Below the pieces are notes generated by a model that was not told the DNA's origin, ran no database searches, and was given only the letters and a program-made list of their open reading frames with translations. Below, in pieces: positions 29,011 through 40,300 of a stretch of 64,000 nucleotides of DNA (position 1 is its first letter; every line of letters begins with the position of its first letter). The stretch comes from an uncultured archaeon (lineage in GTDB: Archaea > Thermoplasmatota > Penumbrarchaeia > JASLWR01): assembly GCA_964342815.1 (NCBI GenBank), contig CAYFHS010000013.1, positions 1 to 64,000 of the forward strand, in the 5' to 3' direction. A program made the translations under genes and the position numbers.

Positions 29011-32000
29011 ATGAATGCGAAGGGGATCATAATTACCAAGCAAAGTGTCTTCGAGACTGCCCACACTCATTACAAATTCATTTCATTAATTATTATTTTT
29101 CTTTTCCTGTCACTAGCACCAATGTCTTCAGGAGTAAAAAGAGGAAACGAAGAATTTCATTTACCAGCAGTGATCATATTAAAAGAAGAGGCATCGGTTT
29201 CCAGGGAAACTCTGAACTTCAACGCATCCATATGCACATGGTATGGCAACAATTCTGCTGCCATCAGCCTTACATTTGACGATGCATTAGCCTCACAAGC
29301 AGATCTTGCAGCTCCATTGATGCGCGATAGAGGATTGAGGGGGACCTTCTACGTTCCTGTTTATGATGTAAATACCACCAGTTCAAATGGTATTTGCGCA
29401 GACTGGAATGATATAATAAATATTTCAAATTGGGGAAATGAAATAGGATCGCATACCTTGACCCATCTGGACCTGATCACCCTTTCCCCCCAAGAATTAT
29501 GGGATGAGGTGGTTCTGGCCAAGCAGTATCTCAAAGAGAATATTACGGGAGCGTCCGTAGATACCTTCAGCTACCCATACGGTTCCTATAACGAAGAAGT
29601 GCTGGATCTGGTAAGGGAACATTATATTGCCGCACGCGGCGATAGACACAACATCTCAGCCGCCCCAAGTCCTTCGGGCAGTTCACCAACGAAGCGGTTC
29701 ACGCTGACCCCATGCAATTTCGGCAGCACGGAGATGCTGGCGGATATGAACCAGCTCGTGGAGGATGCAGTAAATATGAAAGGGTGGCTGGTTGAGATGA
29801 TCCACGCAATTGAGGCGGACGGGTGGGATCCCGTTCCACTTATTACATTTACAAGTCATCTGGACTATATCCATTCAAGGCTTGATGACGTATGGTCGGC
29901 CCCGTTCTCGAACGTTACCAGGTATTACCGGGCCAGGGATGCTGCCATTCCGGTGATATCAGATATAACCAATCATAGTTTTTCGGTCTTTCTGGACTCT
30001 CAGTTGGATCCATCGATTTATAATGAACCCTTGACTCTTAACATTTCGGTTCCCTCCAATTGGGAGGACGTGAGAATAATCGTAGGTAACAATAACTATA
30101 CAATGAAAACCCAACCAGATGCCGGGGAGCGGTCCTTCCTTCTGAACCTTCCTTTGAACGTTTCAGCTGAGATTATAAAGGATAATTTCCCACCTATCCT
30201 TGAATCGGTTGAAATGATCCCGGGATTCCCTGTCAGTTATTCTCCATTGAACGGCTCCAGCAGCACTGAATTCACCTTTCAGGTCAATTACCGCTCACCG
30301 GCGAACCGGAGCCCGGAACTAAGCCCCGTTTGCATATTTGACCTCAACGGGGATGGTGATACAATAGACACTTTCGGAGGTGAGAGAGAAGGAGCTAGGG
30401 AAATGTATAAGCTGAATCTATCGGATGAAAATTATTCTGACGGTAGTATTTACCAGCTGAAAAGTTTTTTTCCCCCTGGCAGCAAACCCCGATTCTCCTA
30501 CTTCGCGAGGGATTCTGAGGGATTTGAAGCCCTTGACCCGGACGGTATTATGAAGATGAATCCGGGCCCTGCAATAAATAATCCTCCCGGGATACCGATG
30601 AACCTGACGAAGAATTCCTACCACGATCTTTTTCCTCATTTTTCCTGGGTCCCGTCAGTGGATCCCGATGGTGATATGATAATCTATTATCTAAAAATTG
30701 AAAATATTTCAGCTGGGTCGGTCTGGGAGGGAGACACCACTTCGAACAACCTAACAATGGTCACTCCGCTGGAATACAATTTAGCTTATACGGCAAAGCT
30801 ATATGCCGACGATCTCAAAGGCGGCAAATCCCCGGAAACAAAACTGAGTTTCATTTTGAGAAATTATCCCCCTATGGCAATTAGTAATTTCAGCTTTCGA
30901 CTTCCACACCCGCTAATGCCGGAATTCAGTTTTACGGCTCTCCCCGACCCCGATTCTGACCAGATAAAGTTCTATTTCGACCTTTTTGAAGGTGATGGCA
31001 TTAATTCCTCGAAAATAATCTCGCGGGAGGAATTTAATAAGTCAATATACAGAATGAGAACGAATCTCTCAGACCACAGTTTTTATACACTCCTACTATG
31101 GGTAGAGGACTCCCACGGTGCCGAAAGCCCCGTCTATAATTATTCCTTCTATCTGAACAGAGCTCCTTTTCCCGTGAAGAATTTGACCGTAGAAGACCTG
31201 AAAGGCTATGAAAACGGTTTGAACTTATCCTGGACTCCATCATCTGAAGATGACATTGCGAAATATGAAATCTACCGATTTGACAATTCCACCGTTGAAT
31301 TGGAGGAAAATGGACCAATAGCCATCTTGGAAAATGATAATCATTACAAAGACTTGGATGTTTTTGACGGGTTGACATACTACTACTGCGTAGTTGCTGT
31401 AGATAAAGACAGGGCTGCTGACCATAACAATTTCACCATTGCGAGCGGAAAATCGGTAGATGATGTTCCCCCTGAACCACTGGACGGTTTTTTGGTCAAG
31501 GACCTTCCCAATAACTCAGGAAGTCTCGAAGTAAGCTGGAATGCCAGCAAGGACGGTCGTTTCCAGGGATATCATATTTACCGTGCTCTATTTCCGTTTA
31601 ATTCTACTATAGGAATGAAGCCGGTTCATACCACGATCTCAAATATGGTAAGCGATACTTTTTGGGTGGATAATAATGTTTCAGACAATGTTACCTATTA
31701 TTACGTTGTAGCCGCCTTTGATCGGAACGGAAACGAGCTCCAAACAAATCTGAACTGGACAGAAGGAATCTCAATAAACGATACTGATGCGGGGGCGGAT
31801 AACGACGAGCAGAACGGTGACCGGGAAAAATATGAAGAACCGGAAAAAAGGAGTTATTCAATAAAAATCGCTGTTGCCGTAGGTGCCATATGTATAATTT
31901 TCGTCATAATAGTGTTATTGGTACTGAAAAAAAAAGCAAAAAAGGAAAAACCCGATGGTACCACAGAATTAGAAAGCGGAGCATCGGCCGTTGAGGATGA

Positions 32001-32328
32001 AGTAAAAAATAAGATTGAATATGAAAAATTGTATGGGACAATTGGTAAATCTCAAAATAATAAAAGGGAAAAATCGAGTGAACGCCTTAAAGAATTAGCC
32101 CGGTATAGAAATGAACGAGAAGCGCGTGAAAGAAAAGAAAGTGCCGAATTAGAAAATATGGATAATTTACAGGAACAGTTGATTGAATTTGAGACGGATA
32201 AAAGTTGTTCGGAAAAACAAGCCGATGAAAACATGTCCGATCAACAATTTAATGGGTCGAAAACTGACGAGCCGAAAATTAAAGAGCTAAGTGATGATAC
32301 GTGGGATTGGTTGGATGAACCGGATTAA
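29011..32328 (+). CDS. CE4/NodB-type polysaccharide deacetylase with Ig/FN3 domains and C-terminal TM anchor
   Basis: ISLTFDD, EIGSHTLTH, FSYPYG, LVEMIH; FN3-like YYCVVAVD and YYVVAAFD; ATG 29011 preceded by GAGGTGA. Confidence 0.85.
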   Translation: MNAKGIIITKQSVFETAHTHYKFISLIIIFLFLSLAPMSSGVKRGNEEFHLPAVIILKEEASVSRETLNFNASICTWYGNNSAAISLTFDDALASQADLAAPLMRDRGLRGTFYVPVYDVNTTSSNGICADWNDIINISNWGNEIGSHTLTHLDLITLSPQELWDEVVLAKQYLKENITGASVDTFSYPYGSYNEEVLDLVREHYIAARGDRHNISAAPSPSGSSPTKRFTLTPCNFGSTEMLADMNQLVEDAVNMKGWLVEMIHAIEADGWDPVPLITFTSHLDYIHSRLDDVWSAPFSNVTRYYRARDAAIPVISDITNHSFSVFLDSQLDPSIYNEPLTLNISVPSNWEDVRIIVGNNNYTMKTQPDAGERSFLLNLPLNVSAEIIKDNFPPILESVEMIPGFPVSYSPLNGSSSTEFTFQVNYRSPANRSPELSPVCIFDLNGDGDTIDTFGGEREGAREMYKLNLSDENYSDGSIYQLKSFFPPGSKPRFSYFARDSEGFEALDPDGIMKMNPGPAINNPPGIPMNLTKNSYHDLFPHFSWVPSVDPDGDMIIYYLKIENISAGSVWEGDTTSNNLTMVTPLEYNLAYTAKLYADDLKGGKSPETKLSFILRNYPPMAISNFSFRLPHPLMPEFSFTALPDPDSDQIKFYFDLFEGDGINSSKIISREEFNKSIYRMRTNLSDHSFYTLLLWVEDSHGAESPVYNYSFYLNRAPFPVKNLTVEDLKGYENGLNLSWTPSSEDDIAKYEIYRFDNSTVELEENGPIAILENDNHYKDLDVFDGLTYYYCVVAVDKDRAADHNNFTIASGKSVDDVPPEPLDGFLVKDLPNNSGSLEVSWNASKDGRFQGYHIYRALFPFNSTIGMKPVHTTISNMVSDTFWVDNNVSDNVTYYYVVAAFDRNGNELQTNLNWTEGISINDTDAGADNDEQNGDREKYEEPEKRSYSIKIAVAVGAICIIFVIIVLLVLKKKAKKEKPDGTTELESGASAVEDEVKNKIEYEKLYGTIGKSQNNKREKSSERLKELARYRNEREARERKESAELENMDNLQEQLIEFETDKSCSEKQADENMSDQQFNGSKTDEPKIKELSDDTWDWLDEPD

Positions 32329-32446
32329 GGACAAAATTCGAAGTCCCCACTTTGAATAATGTAACCATCGAGCCCCTTAGATTTTTTTTTTACTTTTTAT
32401 CTTTAAACCGCAAAGAATAAATTGTATATCTCAGGTAGCGCAAACC

Positions 32447-33040
32447 ATGGAAAGAAAGAACGTCAGGATCCACGAGACCGCGGAAGTATCCGACGAGGCC
32501 GTTATCGGCGAGGGGACCAGCATATGGCATTACTGCCAGATACGCGAGAGGGTTTCCATCGGTAAGAACTGCAATTTCGGTAAAGGAGTGTATGTGGATT
32601 TTGACGTCGTCATGGGAGATAACGTGAAAGCCCAGAACCGGGTGAACATCTACCACGGCGTCGTCATCGAGGACGACGTTTTCCTGGGACCTTCCATGAC
32701 CTTCACCAATGATATGTTTCCAAGATCATTCATAGACGATTTCGCAGTTTACAAGACACTGGTGAAAAAGGGGGCTTCAATTGGAGCCAACGCAACCATC
32801 ATCTGCGGGATCACAATTGGTAGATACGCAATGGTGGGTGCCGGAGCGGTGGTAACGAAGGACGTGCCCGATCACGCTCTGGTTCTGGGCAATCCCGCGC
32901 GGATAGTAGGATTCGTATGCACCTGCGGCAGGAAAGCCGAATTTTCCCGAGACATAAATGATGGAAAGGTAGAAATGAAATGCGGCAAATGCGGCAAGAT
33001 AATCGAAATCGAGAAACCTGCGTACGAAAACCGAAAATAG
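32447..33040 (+). CDS. Hexapeptide-repeat N-acetyltransferase, WbpD/WlbB-like
   Basis: IHETAEVSDEAVIGEGTSIWHY, VFLGPSMTFTND, GASIGANATIICG; C-terminal CxC...CxxC. Confidence 0.85.
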   Translation: MERKNVRIHETAEVSDEAVIGEGTSIWHYCQIRERVSIGKNCNFGKGVYVDFDVVMGDNVKAQNRVNIYHGVVIEDDVFLGPSMTFTNDMFPRSFIDDFAVYKTLVKKGASIGANATIICGITIGRYAMVGAGAVVTKDVPDHALVLGNPARIVGFVCTCGRKAEFSRDINDGKVEMKCGKCGKIIEIEKPAYENRK

Positions 33041-33054
33041 TTTGAGGAATGTGA

Positions 33055-34122
33055 ATGATAAGCAATGTAAGCATCAAGATCAACGAGGCTGCGGTGGCTG
33101 CCGTGGTGGAAGTACTGCGTTCAGGGTATCTGGTCCAGGGACCGAAGGTAAAGCAGTTCGAGGAGGATTTTGCGGCATACTGCGGTGCGAAATATGCAGT
33201 GGCGGTTTCGAACGGGACCACCGGGCTTCACCTAGCCCTTTTGGCTCTAGGGGTCGAGCGGGGCGACGAGGTGATTACCACACCGTTCACCTTCATAGCT
33301 TCCGGGACCTCGATACTGTTCGTTGACGCAAAACCGGTGTTCGTGGACATCGATCCGAAGACCTTCAATCTCGATCCCGAACTGATAGAGGCGGCCATCA
33401 CCGATCGGACCAAAGCCATCATGCCGATTCACCTTTACGGACAAAGTGCCGAGATGGGCCGCATAATGGAGATCGCGGAGAAGCATGATCTTGCGGTACT
33501 GGAAGATGCCTGCCAGTCGCACGGCGCCGAGTACAATGGGAAAAAGGTGGGTGCCATTGGCGATGCAGGTGTTTTCAGTTTTTATCCGACAAAGAACATG
33601 ACCACGGGAGAGGGGGGAATGATCACCACCAATGACCAGCATGTGATGGAAATCCTTAAATTACTTCGCAACCACGGACAGGAATCACGTTATTCCCACG
33701 TACTGCGGGGCTTCAACTTCAGACTTACGGACATCGGTGCGGCCATCGGCATCGAGGAACTTAAACTGCTGGAAGGGAGAAGCAAAAAGAGGATAGCGAA
33801 CGCGAAATACCTCTCGGAGCGCCTGGCTGATGTGGTGGAAATTCCATACATAGCGCCCGGAAGACGCCACGTGTTTCACCAGTACACAATTATGACGGAC
33901 AGACGGGATGATCTGATCAAATCGCTCCAAGAGCATGAAGTGGGTCACGGGATATATTATCCGAAGCCTCTGTATGCTTTCAAACCCTTTGAGAACTTTG
34001 ATACTACGAAGCTACCCGTGACCGAGGAACTTATCAAAAAGGTTTTATCACTGCCGGTTCACCAGGACCTGACACGGGAAGACCTCGATACCATTGTTAA
34101 AGCGGTAAGGAACGCTTTTTAG
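33055..34122 (+). CDS. DegT/DnrJ/EryC1/StrS PLP aminotransferase, WbpE-like
   Basis: AVAVSNGTTGLH, PIHLYGQ, EDACQSHG, SFYPTKNMTTGEGG. Confidence 0.92.
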   Translation: MISNVSIKINEAAVAAVVEVLRSGYLVQGPKVKQFEEDFAAYCGAKYAVAVSNGTTGLHLALLALGVERGDEVITTPFTFIASGTSILFVDAKPVFVDIDPKTFNLDPELIEAAITDRTKAIMPIHLYGQSAEMGRIMEIAEKHDLAVLEDACQSHGAEYNGKKVGAIGDAGVFSFYPTKNMTTGEGGMITTNDQHVMEILKLLRNHGQESRYSHVLRGFNFRLTDIGAAIGIEELKLLEGRSKKRIANAKYLSERLADVVEIPYIAPGRRHVFHQYTIMTDRRDDLIKSLQEHEVGHGIYYPKPLYAFKPFENFDTTKLPVTEELIKKVLSLPVHQDLTREDLDTIVKAVRNAF

Positions 34123-34138
34123 TTACTAAGGAATTCTT

Positions 34139-34317
34139 ACTATAGAGGGCCGGGGGCCGTAAGGCGTGCACCGGCCCGATATAAAAATATTAAACATAAT
34201 TAAAAAGGAGGCCGACGGCCTCCGGGTCGGTATTTCGCCGACCAATATTTTTCAGAATGTTAATTTTATAGGGTCGTAGACGAGACCGATGCATGCCCTG
34301 TACGGGCCCTCGGTCTC
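34139..34317 (+). repeat. 3'-intergenic structured repeat, copy A
   Basis: ACTATAGAGGGCC-stem, A/T-rich spacer, GGAGGC-CGACG-GCCTCC, GGTCGGT/GCCGACC, plus extra GAGACCGA/TCGGTCTC stem; starts ~16 nt after the DegT stop. Confidence 0.7.
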
Positions 34318-34443
34318 TTTGGAGAAGATTATGGTGCCGAATCCCATCGAATTGTCTACATGTACCGCATACCTTTTTTCACCCATCCGCTCAGTCCTTT
34401 CGGTAAATATAAATAACCGCTAATTAATAGTCCCCCTGATAGC

Positions 34444-35538
34444 ATGCAGATAGGATTTCTTTTCAGCAAGATATGGAAATTCCTTGCGATTTTCATATTC
34501 GTCCTGCTTATAAGTTCTCTACTATTCTATCAGTTCGAGTACGTTCCGGAAGATGAGCGTGGAGACAGCTACAGCGGTCCCGAAGACATATACGATTCGT
34601 TCTGGTACGGGATAGTTACTCTATCAACTGTAGGTTATGGAGACCGCTTTCCCGTGACCTCCGAGGGAAAGATAGCGGCATTGTTCCTGGTAATCTTCAC
34701 CTTCACATTTCTGGGAGCCATGATAGGCATGGTCAGCGATGCGGTGATGGAGGCTCGTAAAAGGGAGGAGTTAGGCATGGAAGGCACTAAGTTCAAAAAG
34801 CACATAGTGATATGCGGCTGGACTAGCATTTCGAGGGTCAGCCTCGAGGAACTGCTGGTGGCCGATCAGAACGTGGTAGTGATAACGAACGATCAGAACG
34901 AGATTCCCAAGGTACGGGATATGGGCAGCAAAAAGAACCTCTTCGTGGTCTTCGGACAGTACAGCAACAGGAAAGTCCTCAACCGGGCCAACGTTAAATA
35001 TGCGAGAACGGTGATAGTTGCCACCGGGGACGACACGGAAACGCTGATCGCTTCACTCACAATCAAGAGCCTGAATCCCAATGTCCGATTGATCGTATCC
35101 ATATCCGAGGAGGAGTTGAAAAAGACCCTGTACTCGGCTGGCGTCACCTACGTCAGCTCACCATCCGAGCTCACCGGAAGGTTAGTTGCAAGCGCGGCTT
35201 TCGAGCCGGAAGTGGCCCTGTTCGTGGAGGATATAACATCTGCCACGGCGGGTTATGATCTCCAGCAGTACACCGTGGCTGAAGGTTCGTTCGCCAAGGG
35301 TATGACGGTAAAAAAATTCAGGGAAAAGATGGCGGGTATTGCCGGGCCGCTTCTGGTGGGTGTCGCGATTTATAAGCCAAAAACGGGAGAGAAAGCCGAA
35401 AGTCCAAGTAACTGGGCTTTGAGGCCCAATCCGGACAGCGATCTGAAGCTGAAGAAGAACGATATTATCATAGTTCTTGGCGATGACGATCAGAATGACA
35501 AATTGTTCAAAATGATCAAAACACCGCAGGGACGATGA
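34444..35538 (+). CDS. Two-TM potassium channel with RCK (TrkA-N/C) domain, MthK-like
   Basis: Selectivity filter TLSTVGYGD between two TM helices; HIVICGW RCK start. Confidence 0.9.
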   Translation: MQIGFLFSKIWKFLAIFIFVLLISSLLFYQFEYVPEDERGDSYSGPEDIYDSFWYGIVTLSTVGYGDRFPVTSEGKIAALFLVIFTFTFLGAMIGMVSDAVMEARKREELGMEGTKFKKHIVICGWTSISRVSLEELLVADQNVVVITNDQNEIPKVRDMGSKKNLFVVFGQYSNRKVLNRANVKYARTVIVATGDDTETLIASLTIKSLNPNVRLIVSISEEELKKTLYSAGVTYVSSPSELTGRLVASAAFEPEVALFVEDITSATAGYDLQQYTVAEGSFAKGMTVKKFREKMAGIAGPLLVGVAIYKPKTGEKAESPSNWALRPNPDSDLKLKKNDIIIVLGDDDQNDKLFKMIKTPQGR

Positions 35539-35573
35539 AGCTGCTGCCACACCACTAAGGGATTTTTTTACTA

Positions 35574-35783
35574 CTAATATCGGTCATTCTCATCCCTTAT
35601 CCCTTCCTTCGATATCTCGCCGTACCTGCCCTTCATTTCTCTGATATTCCCGACAGGAATGATGTGAATGATACCGTTCTTCTCTCCTATGACCACCTTT
35701 TCACCAGGATGAATGCTGATACGTTCACGTATTGCTGCGGGGATGACGACCTGATATTTGGGTGAAACAGTTGCAGTTTCCAT
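35574..35783 (-). CDS. AbrB/MazE/SpoVT-family antitoxin-like protein, no adjacent toxin
   Basis: METATVSPKYQVVIPAAIRERISIHPGEKV AbrB fold pattern. Confidence 0.8.
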   Translation of the reverse strand: METATVSPKYQVVIPAAIRERISIHPGEKVVIGEKNGIIHIIPVGNIREMKGRYGEISKEGIRDENDRY

Positions 35784-35984
35784 TTCATTACCGTTAAAGA
35801 TAATTGTAATCGATATTAGTTTAATTTTCCGAATGATTCTCGGAAATTGTTAGAATCGATGTTATAAAGATTCATACAGACTAAATTATTCGTGTAGGAT
35901 ATTCGAGTATACTCTCTATGTTTTATCCCAAATATTACTACTATACTCGAAACCTATATAAAGAACAAACAATATATCTATAAT

Positions 35985-37283
35985 ATGCTTCTCGTAAAGG
36001 AGACTGTAGGACATATAATAATGGAAATGAACCATTGGTGGATACGGGGGTCGGTATCGAGTGATTTTACCGGGATTCCAAGAAAAATGTATTCCAGTCA
36101 GTTACAGGAATCATTGAACATACAAGAAATTATCATACTTACGGGGATGCGCCGAACAGGCAAGACAACAATGATGTACCAGCTAATCCAACATCTCATT
36201 CAAATGAATGTAGATCCATTTAGGATTTTATATGTCCAATTCGACCACCCTTTACTGAAAAACCTGGATATATCCGATCTAATAAGGCAGCACAGAGTAG
36301 ATCACGGCATATCGAAAAAGGAGATCCTCTATGTATTTTTCGATGAGATTCATTACCTGGAGGATTGGGCTCAATGGGTAAAGGTTATCTATGATCAAAA
36401 ACAGGTGAAGATGTTCATAAGCGGTTCTTCAAAGGCCTTGCTGCTCCCAAAGGCCATGACCCATCTGTCCGGCAGATATCTCACCTACAATATATGGCCT
36501 CTTTTCTTTCCGGAATTCCTGGATTTTCGCAAATCGGAGCCTGAACCGGGGGATGAACACAGATACGTTTCCCTGGCGGAAGAATATCTCTCGACCGGAG
36601 GCTTTCCCCGCATCGTATTGGAGAAGAACGTGGAATTCCGGGGCCGACTAATGAGAGAATACTTCGACGGCATCGTATTCAAGGATATTGCAGCGGTTCA
36701 TGAGATAAGGGACATACGAACTCTCAGGGATCTGGCAGCATTCCTGGTTACGTCCTCGGGAAAACCCGTAAGTTTCAATAAACTGAAGAAGTCTTTCAAA
36801 TTATCCATCGATACCATAAGAGAATATATCTCGTATATAGAAGAATCTCATTTGATTGAAGAATTACCTGTGGCTTCCAGATCCAAGAACGAACGGGTGT
36901 ATAATCCGAAAAAATACTATGTGCTCGATCCCGGTATGCGGACGGCCCTGACCGGGGAAAAAGAAACCGGTCCGAGAGCGGAAACGGCACTGCATCTTCA
37001 TCTGAAACAATTGAAATTACCTCTCGGATACTGGAAACAGGTCCACGAGGTGGATTTTATCATTCAGGGAAAACCACTTATTGCGGTAGAGTGTAAATAC
37101 AAAAACGAGATAACAAAAAAGGATCTGAAATCTCTCGAAAAATGGCTGGCGAAGGAGAAAAAAGGAAAGGGCATCATCGTCACACGCGATCTGGAAGAGA
37201 CCATCGAGTTGGGCAAAAACACAGTGAGAGCATTACCCTTGTGGAAAGTTCTTCTTGATCCAAAGATACTATTACTCGACTAA
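35985..37283 (+). CDS. AAA+ ATPase, AAA_14/DUF4143 family (paralogue of 822-2135)
   Basis: MNHWW, GMRRTGKT, FFDEIH, GGFP, C-terminal EVDF. Confidence 0.88.
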   Translation: MLLVKETVGHIIMEMNHWWIRGSVSSDFTGIPRKMYSSQLQESLNIQEIIILTGMRRTGKTTMMYQLIQHLIQMNVDPFRILYVQFDHPLLKNLDISDLIRQHRVDHGISKKEILYVFFDEIHYLEDWAQWVKVIYDQKQVKMFISGSSKALLLPKAMTHLSGRYLTYNIWPLFFPEFLDFRKSEPEPGDEHRYVSLAEEYLSTGGFPRIVLEKNVEFRGRLMREYFDGIVFKDIAAVHEIRDIRTLRDLAAFLVTSSGKPVSFNKLKKSFKLSIDTIREYISYIEESHLIEELPVASRSKNERVYNPKKYYVLDPGMRTALTGEKETGPRAETALHLHLKQLKLPLGYWKQVHEVDFIIQGKPLIAVECKYKNEITKKDLKSLEKWLAKEKKGKGIIVTRDLEETIELGKNTVRALPLWKVLLDPKILLLD

Positions 37284-37328
37284 AAAAGGAAAAGATTGTT
37301 CTAAAATTATATATAATCTTACTCTCAT

Positions 37329-40300
37329 ATGTTCTTTTACTCGGAGTTGTTTCCAATGTCCCCTCCAAGAGCTATGGTGATAAGTCTTTTTCTTATTTTC
37401 ACATTCGTTTGTGGGATATTACCTCCCATGGGCGGGGAGCCTACCCCCCCGCAGAGTGATGGGGGGCGCTCCAGAGGGACTATAGTCGTAAATGCGTCAG
37501 GGGGCGGGGATTACACGCATATACAATGGGCGATTGATAATGCCAGTGACGGGGATACAATTAAGATCCACCCTGGCATCTATTATGAGAATCTTGTTAT
37601 AGATGTCAGTATCCAACTTGTCGGAACTTCAAAATTAAATACGATCATAGATGGTCAAGAACAAGATACATGCATTTTAGTACTGAATGATAGTGTAACA
37701 ATTATGAATGTTAACGTAATTAATAGCGGTAAAAATCGGGAGGATTCAGGCATAATGGTCTCAAAAAATGGGAAATGTATAGTTCGAAATTGTACAATAA
37801 ATAATCACCTTAGGGGAATTTGGTTGGGAGGTTGGAGGGGGGTTCACTTTCCCAAAATTAATAATACGATTGAAAATAATATCATTTCAAACAATAGTTT
37901 TGGCATTCTCTCTGAATACTCCGACTACAATCAAATAAATAACAATTCATGTTTCAATAATGGGATTGGAATATCATTGAATGATTCGAATAGGAATATT
38001 GTTGTAAATAATTCATGCTATCAAAATCGTTGGTATGGGATTTCGGCATTGGCGTCGAGTAATAATAATATTGTCAGAAATTTAGTTTATCAAAATAATA
38101 ACACTGGAATCAGTTCGTACTGGTCAAATAGTAATAGTCTCATTAACAATACTTTATCAAACAATGGTAATGGAATCCGTCTTGGTGGGACGAAGTTTCA
38201 CACTTTATACAATAATAAACTTGAAAATAATGGTATTACTCTCTCAGATAATGATGATCTAAATGAATTGCTTACACATACGATGGATGTTTCAAATTTG
38301 ATAAATGGGAAACCACTTTATTATTGGAAAAATGTAACTGGGGGATCGATTCCCAGCGGAGCAGGCCAAATAATCCTTGTAAACTGTTCGGAAGTGCTTG
38401 TAGAAAATCAAGAAATAAAAAACAGTTCGATAGGTATTTTCCTTGGTTACTCTTCAAGAAATACTATTTCACGTAACAAATGTTCCGATAATTCAAATGG
38501 AATTGAAAATTGTGGAATTCAACTTTGGTATTCAGATTATAACGTTGTTACAGAGAATACATTCAATTCGAATGCAGGTGATTATGCGGGGCATGGGATT
38601 CAATTGTTTTTTTCAAATAAAAACGACATCTCTAAAAACATATGTAATGAAAATGACATCAACGGTATCTCAATTCAATACTCAAATTACAACAACGTGA
38701 CAAACAACACTTGTAACAAAAATGGTTTTGAAGGCATTTATCTTTATAGTTCCATTATTAACACAATCTCTAACAGTACTTTTTTTTCAAATGAGCTATA
38801 TGCCATTTCGATAAATTATTTGTCAGAAGAGAATACAATTTTTTTAAATTCATTTATCGATAATAACAATGGTGGCGATCAAGCCTATGACAATGGTATC
38901 GGTAACAAATGGAACAGCTCGGATAAAGGAAATTATTGGTCTGATTGGAATAAACCGGATACGGATTCCGATGGCATTATTGATACCCCCTATATAATTG
39001 ATAGTAATTTAAACTCGAAAGATTATTACCCGCTTGTAGCACCACCACGGAATATCACGCCTATTGCAGACGCAGGGCATAGTGTAATAATAAACCAGCA
39101 TGAGGATGTGAGATTTAATAGTTCAAATACTATACACAGAAGACTGGTTATCAATTATACGTGGAGTTTTATTTATGACAATATCAATCAATCTCTCTAC
39201 GGACCATCACCATCGTTCACGTTTCACACCGCCGGGACATATGAAGTTCTACTTACGGTAATTGGCTGTTTTAGGCAAAACTCAAATGACACAGTTATCG
39301 TTAAGGTGTTGGACATTACATATCCCATAGCCAACGCTGGAAACGATACCATTATCGAAGTGTTCGGATCAATGCTTTTCAACGCCTCGAACAGTTCGGA
39401 TAATGTAGGGATTAGCGTATACCAGTGGAGATTCAGTTATGACAATGAAGAAAGGATTCTCTTTGGTGAAACAGTCTCCTTCGGTTTCGATAAATGCGGA
39501 GTTTATGTAGTAACACTGAATGTCAGAGATGAAGAGGGGAATTCAGCTTCAGATATCATAAACATAACAGTTATAGACGCAACAGCTCCCATTGCTGATG
39601 CTGGAGAAAATATTTCTATTCGCACAGGTGAAACAATTATTTTTGATGGAACCGATAGTACAGACAATGTAGGGATAATAAATTACACCTGGTCCTTTTA
39701 TTACAATCGAACGGATCAAAACCTTTATGGTTCTAAATCACAATTCAAATTTGAGATAGCTGGAAATTTTTCAGTTACTTTGCATGTAAGAGACGCAATA
39801 GGTCTGTGGGACGTTGATTCCATAGGGATAAATGTGATTGATAACGAGAAACCTAATGCAGATGCCGGAGAAGATGTTAACATAAATTCCAATGGTTCAG
39901 TCCATTTCCAGGGTAATGGAAGCTGGGACAATGAAGGTATTAAAAATTTCACCTGGACCTTTGAATACAATAATAGTATAATCACGTTATACGGCTCAAC
40001 TCCAAATTTCAGATTCGAGATACCTGGGAAATACAATGTAACATTAAGAGTAACAGATATTGAAGGGAATATGGGAACCGATTCATTAATTGTAATCGTC
40101 CACCCAGATAAGGTTATTCCTTCTGATGATGATGATGACGTTAGTCCGACAGATGATGATATTGATCCTACTAATGATGATGTTGATCCGAACGACGGTT
40201 CTGATGCCAGAGAGTCGGGTTCCGGAATTCCCGTATGGGTCTGGATACTCCTGTTCTTTTTTATAGTCGCTATCATTACTGTATTAGTCTTTCTTATCAG

